DNA from: Klebsormidium nitens
Lineage: Eukaryota > Plantae > Klebsormidiophyceae
Reading direction: 5' to 3'
Length of the DNA: 64,000 nucleotides
Assembly: GCA_000708835.1 (NCBI GenBank)
Contig: DF237079.1
Coordinates: 1-64,000, forward strand
The notes under the pieces were generated by a model. That model saw nothing but the letters and a program-made list of their open reading frames with translations, did not search any database and was not told where the DNA came from. The position numbers and the translations under genes were made by a program. Positions 47,148 to 64,000 of the stretch are shown piece after piece. Numbering within the stretch: position 1 is the first letter of the stretch; each line of letters opens with the position of its first letter.

Positions 47148-48994
47148 TCAGATAGCGGAACCGTACAGATCTAGACCAAGCCCGAAGCGAGCGGCTGCGC
47201 GCCTGAACGCCATCTGTTCGGCCATCTGAACAGGATCGGGACCTCCAGCCGATGATGCTGTTGGCAGCTGTTCCGTCCCCGTGGCTTCGCGAGATATCTA
47301 TAGTTCAAAGCGGTTTGTTTAGATCGACCAAACGATCAAGCCAAACGTCGGAGATGGGGAAGAGCTTCTCTGACATTGGTGGTCAAAAAAGGGGTCATGC
47401 ACACCTTTTGGAAGCTGCTCAGACTGGATAATAGAAGATTGACATCGCTTGTTCAAGTGCGACAACAAAGACTGCCAAACTCTGACATCCAAAGAGCTGC
47501 AACATTGACGTTTTCGAAGGGCTCCAAGCATGTGATATAATTAGCAAAAGAAACACTCAAAGGAAGAGCCAACGAAAACAAGCTGCGCCAATGGCAACTC
47601 ACTGAATCCCCATCTGCCCCAAGGATGGTAATGCGGTAAACTACGGTCACCGTGTGGGGCCCGAAGGTCACCGAGCGGACCTCCCCATGCCAGCCAGGGG
47701 CGTAATGATCCAATATCCGGTTAGCGCTGTGCCTGCAAACCAGGTCAACACCCTTCAGTTATGTCCACTCAAAGGAACATCCTGACATCGCTGAACCTCT
47801 GTAGCCAATCCTTTGGTTCCGTCTGCTGAGATCAAAGCGGCTCCAACGTCCAACTTGACAATGAATCCCTGATAAACCTTTGTCTCAATGCTTCCTCGAT
47901 TTTAGCCCCATCAAAACAGCATCTCATTTGCTCTAATAGCATCTCAGTAGCTCTACAAGGCCAGAATGTACCAAGCAACTTCGTTTGGAAACTTGAGAAG
48001 AAAGGATGCCAGGTTCGAAAGATGGCGTACCATGGGATGTAAGTAAGCACGGTTCCGTCAGGTTCCCGCCTCTGTTTCAGCACCTCTTCTGGTACTGGTC
48101 TCCTAAGGGCATCCTGCAGGTTTAAGTACTCGTCAGAATACCAACGGTGTGACATTAAAACGAGCAGATTGGCCGAATGCGCCAACAACACACGTCCTTA
48201 CGTGAAGCACCTGAACTGGTCGACCGGATGACAGGTGATAAAGAATCTGATTCCTCTTACCATGATGTCCTTGAGTTTCTTGTGGTAGCTGCTCGAGGTG
48301 CTGGGCTGGGCGCTTGGAGCTGAGCTGGCAGGTCTTGGCTCTGTTGTTCTGGCTGCAAAACTGTGACATAGTGACGGAGATCTTAGCTGGTGCGCACGGG
48401 CTGAGCTGCAACACCATGCTGAGAGGGGAAAGGGTGGGTACGCTTGTGATGGGAACATGGGCAGCCAATTTCAACAAAGTGAACAAACTTACACATTTGA
48501 AAATGCATCTAACGATACATATTGCCACCAGCTGTTGCGGAGTCCAACACAGAGCTCTATACTTCACACTGGACAGTCCAAAGTAGCATCATACGCCCTC
48601 ACAACACTGCTTTACAACACAAGAACACCTTCTGCTAGCAGATAGTCAGGGCAGCTCAAATTTAATGAGATCACATTGATCTCACAAGTTGAGGTCAAGT
48701 TGAACACAAGTTGCAATGCGTCAAGAAGACCCAGACTTACCCACGCCGTGAAGCAGGAACCTCAGCAGCGGCTACAATGACAGCCCCAGGGGTGGTGCTT
48801 CTTCTACTGCTTTCAAAATCAGTTCTCCCTGTCCCATTCAGACTCTTTGAAAGTTGCGGGGCAACATTGCTTGTCCTATGAAGGTCCATTCTTGGTGAAT
48901 AAGTCTGATGCCATAGCTTTGCATTCTGCAATGCTGACGATTGGATGCTGCGCTGTGCAGAAATGGCTGCCATCCTGATGCGATTGACGAGCAT
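47148..48994 (-). CDS. RAD52: Plant-type RAD52-like organellar ssDNA-binding/annealing protein (RAD52-1/2, ODB family)
   Basis: Transit-peptide-like exon 48994-48741, then ~48405-48261 and three core exons. Core sequence: DALRRPVPEEVLKQRREPDGTVLTYIPW, HSANRILDHYAPGWHGEVRSVTF...VTVVYRITILGAD, ISREATGT...DPVQMAEQMAFRRAAARFGLGLDLY. These match the plant RAD52 signature known to me. Confidence 0.9.
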
Positions 48995-49283
48995 CAGTGC
49001 AGAATGAAGCGCTAACTTTATGTGATTCGACTCTGAGGAGGAAGAAGGGGAAAGTACATTACGTACCAAGCTTCATTGCAATGACAACTTTCGTGAAGCT
49101 CATGCCATCGTGGTCAAAGTCACAGCCCGCTTGACACGCTCAACATTTTCAGTCATGTGAGATGGTCCATACATCCTGGAGTGTCAAAGAAATTTAGCGA
49201 AACTTTAAATCCATCAGGAAAATCCAGCAGGAAAATCGAAAACTTGAATCAATCTTTCTGCTGGTGACAGTGGAGCAAAACGT

Positions 49284-56762
<7,479 letters not shown>

Positions 56763-57800
56763 TAAGCCCAATGTCTGACGGATGAAATGCAGAAGCGCTG
56801 CCTGGCTGGTCAGTGCGAAATACAGTTCAGCCCGCTGCCATCTATGTGCGCCACAAGCATGACTTATACACTCGATCAGCCGCTGACCGGCCCACGACCT
56901 GCAGTCAGCCGTCAAAAGCTATGTGCGAATTCCCTGTCGCTCTCACTACCGGCCTGGCTGGCAGAAAGGTCTGGCATGCACGCAACCACCTTGCAGTGCA
57001 TGTTTGCCTATGCTTCGTGGTCGGACTCATTGAAGCCAGCTGCACGGCCCTACAGGCGGTGCAGTACTGATCTATGAAAGCATAGGAAATTCAATGTAGC
57101 GCGTACAATCTGATACCTATCAACGAAGATCGATCGTATAGCTGTGTACGTGGTTGTTGGATTCGTCCATGTCAGAACCGGATATCGCACATATATGCGC
57201 GCGCTGTATTTCAAGCGTACCGGCCATGCACACTGCCATATGGCCGAACTTTAGCAGTATGTAAAAAATCATTAGATCCGGATGGCCTAGGATCGAACTT
57301 GCGTAGCTTGTAAGCTCAAGCTGATACTGTACAGTATCCTTGAGTCAAGACGTACATGCATTGCTATCTTAAAAATGGCAGCTATCTAGGTGCATCCCGG
57401 TCATGCCGCCAAACAATTCCGATTAAAGCTAAGCGAATTCGTTATATCAATGCAGCACCATGTGAAGCGCTGTGTTGCAATATTCAAATAGAGCCCGCGA
57501 GAGCGCACAAAGCAACACTTCAACGAGCGCGGCGCCGTTTTTTGATGTAAAGCTAGCCGAAATGACGAGCTTACAAAATTTGTCAGTGATCGAATGTCAG
57601 CATCCATCCTTTGTGTGGGTGCCCGTTCAGAAACATTGTACAGAGTTCTTGCCGATTTCGACAATTTGTATTCTGCAAATCCCACCAGTCTATCGATTTA
57701 GCCACACGCAAGCGTCCCGTATGCTATGAAAATTTTACCGGTGGGCAGCTTTCATTCACGACCCCCGAATCAGTTCAGCAAGTCTATCAGTCCCCCGAGA

Positions 57801-58901
57801 TCAGTCATCTGGTGTCGTAGGGCCAGGATGTCGATACGGCCCAAAGACGAACTCGTTGACCTTCCGTTTCCAGTCCGCCTCCCCTTGGTGCATGAACCAC
57901 GACAAGAACGTGGAGTCTAACAGGCTGAACAGATTTACCACCATTAAGTGGTGCCTCTGCGGAGTGAAAGCGAAGTTGGCTGACTGGATCACAGGCCACA
58001 CGCTGAGATCTACTGCGAGCCCCGGCAAGAAATCCTTCTTTACGTTCTCTTTCACCACCGGCCAACTCTCCCCCTCGGCGAGACCCATATACGTCAGGTA
58101 TCCGACTAAATGCAGCGGTGCAAATCCGAGGCAATCCGCCGACACTTTCGTGGCGATGAACTTCCACCCCGCGGGGACGTAACGAATGGCGAGCTTGTCC
58201 AAGTAGAGGTACCTGAAGACAAAAGGACGTGGACCTGAAACCCCGGGCTTGGTTCATTTCATGTAACCCACAGCAAACCAACAGCAGATCAGAAGCAGAG
58301 TTGAGGTGCCACCCTCCGACTCTGAAGCAAGAATTTCGAGATGGTGGAATCAGGATTCAAGAAGGACACGTGTTGCACTTACCAGAAATGGCCAATGGGC
58401 CCAACGAAAGCAAAGCCAAACAGGCCAGCTAGTGCCATGCGCTTATAATCAAGACCCCGCTCGTCGTGCTCCTGCAACAAAGGGGAGCACTGTTAAGATT
58501 TATCAGAGTACGCAAGCAAGTGCAGGACCAAATGATGGAAGAATGTATCTTTTGTACACTTGATCAAAAGCCTTGGATGAACTGGTGGAGCATTGGCCGA
58601 ACAATGATGTGAAGTTCCATTTTTTGGAGTCCATCCAGCATTGCGAAGCCCCAGCTGCAGAGGAGCTCAGTGCTTCTCAATTGGCCAATCAAAACAGGAC
58701 AGCTTTTCTCATCTCCTTTCTCACCTTTGAAGCATGTATCAGACCCTTCTTCTGATCCGCCTGCCGCTGCAATCTCTCCACGTTCTGCGCGCCTGCATCC
58801 CCGACACCCCAAAGTACCGTTGAAGTGACCATCTGAGTTGGAACTGGTCTTCGCTTCAGCATTGCATTGTACCATTGCCAAAGCCGGGCGCCAGAGGCCA
58901 T
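57801..58901 (-). CDS. Mpv17/PMP22 family membrane protein (SYM1-like), 3 exons
   Basis: MASGARLWQWYNAMLKRRPVPTQMVTSTVLWGVGDAGAQ; LDYKRMALAGLFGFAFVGPIGHFW; YLYLDK...KVSADCLGFAP...WPVIQSANFAFTPQRHHLMVVNLFSLLDSTFLSW. Confidence 0.92.
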
Positions 58902-59860
58902 CGCTGCTGGCCGTCTGGACTGTGTAGCTGTCAACTTAAACTGAATTTGCTTCCACTATTGTTAGAGTTACAATCTGCACTCCACTATCCTCTATCGAGC
59001 ATCAACTACATGGTCGTCCACATTAGCAAACTGCATTCTCTTCATTTGGCAACTTGTGATCAAATAAGCTGCCTTGAAATCGCGACGCAGCTGATTGATC
59101 ACGGCCGATTGTACGTGCTGCGCTAGATCAGCTCTGCGGAACGCTGAATCGCACTTCCAAAGGAATGCTGCAGAACTCGGATTCCTTGCCACAGAAACAC
59201 CTGGTCCTTGTCCTTGAAACTGAAGCGGTGAGGCAGTAAGCGATGGACTGGAAAAAGGAGAAAGAAAGCCAAGAGGGGCGGCCAAAGTTCCGATGCGACA
59301 GAAACTTTCAACAATTTTCAAGTTGAACTTGGAACTGCTCTGTGTGTACTGTAGCACACCGGCCTGTAGCATTTTTCTAGGGTTTGCACACGAGGGACTT
59401 TCAAACCATACCAGGAGCGTCAAGGTACCGTTATCGGCTCGTCAGTCCAGGCGCTGATAGAATCGTGATAATATTTGTGGAAGCAGCTGGGAAACGGCTG
59501 TGTTAACGGTGTGGAACCTGTGTGGAAGACTCATTCCACATGGGCGAAGCCTAGACTCGGCATTCAGAGCTCTGTGCACATTCACTGTCAGTGTTTCACG
59601 AGGATCAGTTGAATTGCGAAGATCTCCATTTGCCAGGGCGCTTTCAAAGGTTCACTGTCTCACGCATTCATTGTTACAGCAGGCTGCTGCCGTTTTGCGT
59701 GGGCAGGGTCGTGCTGCCTGTGCATTGTCAGGTAGCTTCCTGCTTTAGGAACCTGTAAAAGATGCAAGACGATTTGGAAGGTTCTTGCCTCTCTTTCTTT
59801 TGATGATGCAACCGTTTTGGAAGTGGCAGTGAGCGCAGAGTTGTCCACAGCAGAAGTCCA

Positions 59861-62102
59861 ATGGCTTCATCCTCTCAGCTTCTCCGCTGCAAATTTAGCA
59901 ATCAGTTGAGCGGCAGCCAAAGTCCTCATGGAATGCTGGCGCAACCACATTGCAGACTGCAGCTATTTAAACCATCGCATGAGTTGTTGATGAGCGGTGG
60001 TCACAGAAGGTTCAATGCATTCACACAGAGGGCGGGAAGCCTCTCGGGCCTCGTTTTTTCGGTGCATCAGAAGCGAAAAACGTTGCGGGTGCAAGCCTTC
60101 CACAAAAGTGCTCGAGAGGCCAAAACAAAAAGGACTTCAAAGACTGTCAAAGCGTGTGTGACAGACAAGCAGGCAGAGCATCAGGAGGAGCAGGAGGTGT
60201 ATGCTGCTCCGGAACCCTTGACTGTGATTGTAAAGGAAGGAAGGAGACCTGACGAGCTCCGGGCTGCGGCAGTGCTAAGATCAAACAGTTTCAATGTATA
60301 TCCACCGGGCAGGTCGGAAGCTGCAGCAAAGGTGCGGTGCTTACTCCTCCTACATCATAATAGGAAGTTCAATTCTGTAACTTAAGACTATTGGGTGCCG
60401 TCAGCCACATCTTCTCATATGCTCGACGTTCAAGAAATGCAGTTGGCCACTTTGATTGTTCCCCAATGCCTTGTCCACGAAGAATCATAAAATAGAGTGT
60501 ACGATTAGAATCCGCTTCTGTGACTGGTGGTGCATTGCAGGCTCACCGTGACATGAAGGCGCAGGCGGAGTTTGAGTGCGTCACGCTGAAAGTAAACGGT
60601 CAAGAGCCTAGCTTTTGCAGGGTGGCTTGCCTCTTTGCCGGCGTTGCAGAGGCAGAAGTAGCCTCTGTTTCAATAGATCCCAGCTTGAAGGCACGTAAGC
60701 CATCTCTTCTGACCCTACCTCTCTTCTTTCTTGTAGGAGGCTTTGGTGATTGCAGCGAACCTCAGGAGTCTAGAGAACAAGTTGCGGTTGCTTTACAAGA
60801 AGGCCTGTTGCTTGCTTGCAATTCATCGGAAAGGCAGTCCTGACATTGGGCCAGGAGAGGTGGACCCCCGATGTCAGGCAGGTACTCTACTCTCCTGGTC
60901 GAACCTTCAAGTCAAACTTTCTAGACTCTATACTGGTCCTCTTGGGCTTTCAATCGTAATCGTTAGAGAACGCAAAGGGAACAAGTTGATCAGGTGATTG
61001 CTGCAAAGACCCTCGGAGACCTCCCTTCCTGCTGCTGAGGAGAAGAGCTTGGAAATTTTGCAAGGTTGTTCTGCTGAGATGCGTCCTGTTTTTATTGTTC
61101 TTTGTTGTCATTCATCCGTGCTCTGACGAGCAAGTACACACTGTGTTGATGCAGATCTCGAACAGAGAGGGCAATTGGTGGGTTGTAGGCACGCTAGATT
61201 TGAATCAAGGCCAAAAGCTACCAGGAGAAGATCTCGTAGGCGACTTCCCCTTGGTGAGACACCATTCTTCTTTCGTCATTCTGCCTTCATTATTTATGTC
61301 CTTCAGATACGTTTTCATTCAGTAGACATCAGATCTGTCGGGTGCCATCCGACTTGGGCTGCGTTATGTACTGCCGAAGTAAGCGTCGTCTGTTATCCGT
61401 CTACAAGCCTGAACCACTTGACAATTCGTCTTGATAGCACTGATGAGAAGATGTAAGGTTAAATGAAGCTGAGTCGTGAGTGTTTCTGAGTGTTTGGACT
61501 CTTTTAGCGTTTCTTAAGTATTCGATCTTTCGACCTCAAAAAACAGCAGTGTAGTTGAGTCTGCCAGTGCTTCCCGTGCAGGGCCCGGATGCTGGGGAAC
61601 GGCGGGCCTACCTCTCCAACGTCTGTGTTGAGAACGCGGTTCGAAGGAGGGGGGTAGCTCGGAAGCTTATAGAAGAAGCCAAAATACTTGCGAAAGAGTG
61701 GGGTGAGTGCATTTTAGGCCTCGTTGACAAGCAACCATGTTCTTCTATTAGGCCGTGTCCCAAAATTGAGAGATGCTTCCGAACCTGCCAACTCGCCGAA
61801 GAATAAGCTTTCGAATGGTAAGAAGCATAGGCAACACATCCTATCAGCCACTCCAATCTGCATCCCATTGACTTGAATTTTGTCAAACTCCCCTGAAGTC
61901 GACTGACCTCGTCCTGCCTTCCCTTCCATGCACTGCAGGCATCGAGGAATTGTACGTCCATGTACTTGCAGAAAACACATCCGCTCGAAACCTGTACCTA
62001 CAAATGGGGTTCGTTTACGAGAAAGAGGAGACGCCCCAAACCGCTCGATATTTAGGCAGGCCAAAAAGACTACTCCTTAGATCACGTCTTACAAATGACT
62101 GA
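59861..62102 (+). CDS. Plastid GNAT-family N-acetyltransferase (GNAT7-like), 5 exons, ~334 aa
   Basis: Exons 59861-60331, 60541-60690, 61155-61253, 61582-61702, 61939-62102 (1005 nt; intron 2 inferred GC-AG). Motifs VVGTLDLNQ, RAYLSNVCVENAVRRRGVARKLI, LYVHVLAENTSARNLYLQMGF, ARYLGRPKRLLL. Confidence 0.9.
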
Positions 62103-62260
62103 CACTGTGTGTAGTTCAAATTGCTATTGTAAAGGAGCAAGTCACATATGCTAGGATGCCGCAGATTCATAGTTTACCATATAAGAAACAGTAACAGCCC
62201 AAGCGGCTTCTGACTCGGGCCACTGGTTGCCCTGAGCCGAGCCGCTCAGCAACGAGCAGG

Positions 62261-62317
62261 CTTCAAGGTCATTGTTGAAGTCGGTCGGGAATCAAGCCTT
62301 GATTCCCGACCTTGAAG
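62261..62317. other. Near-perfect hairpin downstream of the GNAT stop
   Basis: ggtcgggaatcaag-c-cttgattcccgacc (62283-62311) is a 14-bp perfect inverted repeat. An outer arm cttcaaggtc (62261) pairs with gaccttgaag (62308-62317). Confidence 0.7.
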
Positions 62318-63472
62318 GTGCCAGACAAAGATGCGCTCTTTGAGCTGTCAATCACAAACTTAGGGCACTCGGATATATATACAGCCGCGAATCATGAAAC
62401 CTCATCATTGAAGGTTTTCGACAATCAACTTTCGAGCGGGTCGTTCGCAACATCGTGAGCTAAAACCCTGTCGTTTTTCTGGTTGTTTTGAATAAACTGT
62501 CATCAGCACCTTACCCCGTTGATTGAAGCGCGACGTAAAGGCGATCACCAATACTGCAGGCAGAAATCGGTCACGTTCGGCACGATCACTGGCAACGTAC
62601 CTGCAGCCATCTCATGAGCCCATGTGCCCACGCTTACGATGTTTTAGTGCGCGCGCATCCAAGCTAGCCTGCATCTTGGTTGTTAAGTTAAGCGCGTGAC
62701 AAACTATATGTGCGTGCCTCTTGGGTGTTGAGCTTTCTAATCGAGGAGAATAATAATTACATCCATGAATGCACAGTATAGTATACTGACTTTCTGCCCA
62801 GAGCCGAATGCCTAGGACCTAGCCAAGAGATTTGGAATGCAGGTATACTCACGGCATACACTCGGTCCAGAGGCTTCCGTAAGTTGATGATACGTAAGCA
62901 TGAAAGAGGGTCACTAGCGCAGGTTCAACAGACTCCGAGTACCATTGTTGATGAGATCGTCTGCGTCGAACTGACGAGGTCGCGTCTGACAATGGGCCGC
63001 ATGCGCGGAAATGCACATGCAGCCTGGAACCTCCGACATCCACGTGAATGCTTTCAAATCTACTGCATTTGATCGACCGTACTGATGTTGTCGGTCCGTC
63101 TTTGATGTGACAGCGAAACGTGCCATTTCGCTATACGATCCACACCCACGGAAATGAGAGAAGGTGAGGCTGACGTTGGGCTGACGGTGCAACGAAAGGA
63201 AGGGGCGATCAAGCAAAGCTGCTGTCTCGTCACAGAGCGAAGATATGTACCATCTGAATTATGCAACTTGTGAGGCAAAGATCATCATCCTTGGAAGAGG
63301 AAGACAAGTAAACCATTAGCGCTACCTTGTAGCTGCAGCGACCCTCGCAGGTGCGCAGAAGGAAGGAAAGTGTAAGCGAAGTCGGCAGGTTTGCGCGTCA
63401 ACGGCTGTAGCGCCTCTCAAAGATCAGTGTCCAAGACGCTTGCTCTACCTCAGACGCTCTCTGGCGGTCCTG

Positions 63473-64000
63473 ATGGAAGGTCTGGTGTGCAAGTTGGAAG
63501 GCTGCAGCCGGCCGGTCTATCGTGATGAAGCAACCAATGAGATCTACCTGTTCTGTGGGAGAACTCACAGCAGAAAGTACGAGGAGCTGGTTGCGCAGGC
63601 AGCGGGAAGGCCCATGTGTAAGCTTCCCGGCTGTGACCGGTACGTGTACTACGATGAAATTGCAGAGATAAAACACAACTTCTGTGGAAGAACGCACGCA
63701 AGAGCTGCGGGATCTTTGCAAAGACCTCTCAGGATCGACCCCTCTGCAAGAGCGCGGGAGTTGGCGGGGGAGAAGCTATGCAAGCTGCCGGGATGCTCCA
63801 TAGAGGTGTGCGTTGAGGGAAACCGGGTCCACGACTTTTGCTGCAAGACTCATGCAACGAAAGTAGCGGAATGTCTTGGTCCGCAAATGAAGCCAGGCTT
63901 CCAGCTGAAAGATAAAGAGGCGATAGGGCTGATCCAGAAAAAGCACGACGAAAGACAGGCGCATCAGCTCCCGCATTACATCTTCGAGAGTGACATCTAC
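63473..64000 (+). CDS. Partial ORF (runs off window) with three C-x4-C-x14/16-C-x3-H putative zinc-finger repeats
   Basis: 176 open codons to the window end: CKLEGCSRPVYRDEATNEIYLFCGRTH, CKLPGCDRYVYYDEIAEIKHNFCGRTH, CKLPGCSIEVCVEGNRVHDFCCKTH. It is absent from the ORF track because there is no stop in the window. Confidence 0.8.
   Translation, partial: MEGLVCKLEGCSRPVYRDEATNEIYLFCGRTHSRKYEELVAQAAGRPMCKLPGCDRYVYYDEIAEIKHNFCGRTHARAAGSLQRPLRIDPSARARELAGEKLCKLPGCSIEVCVEGNRVHDFCCKTHATKVAECLGPQMKPGFQLKDKEAIGLIQKKHDERQAHQLPHYIFESDIY

Overview
Eukaryotic nuclear DNA, gene-dense and intron-rich. The gene set (plastid SppA, plant RAD52-like protein, LRB/POB1-type BTB protein, plastid GNAT) and the intron style suggest a streptophyte green alga such as Klebsormidium; this is inference. 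Genes reconstructed by hand: SPPA (+), a type-II-membrane sulfotransferase (-) head-to-head with an intronless GT2 glycosyltransferase (+), a BTB-BACK gene (+) preceded by an internally deleted pseudocopy, INO80 (-), two tandem Zn-dependent alcohol dehydrogenases (+), an organellar RAD52-like gene (-) head-to-head with organellar glutamyl-tRNA synthetase (+), an Mpv17/PMP22 gene (-), a plastid GNAT acetyltransferase (+), and a triple C-x4-C-x14/16-C-x3-H repeat ORF that runs off the right edge. The most interesting signals are four. (1) Tandem 'half-exon + splice site' duplicates recur in four unrelated genes, and the GluRS copy shows 9 synonymous versus 1 non-synonymous difference. (2) The GT2 and sulfotransferase form a divergent pair, a candidate sulfated-glycan module. 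(3) A perfect 43-bp inverted repeat mirrors the RAD52/GluRS bidirectional promoter. (4) Intergenic patches are saturated with short palindromes. No rRNA, tRNA, CRISPR array or recognisable intact transposon was found. Exon coordinates are manual and may be off by a few bases.
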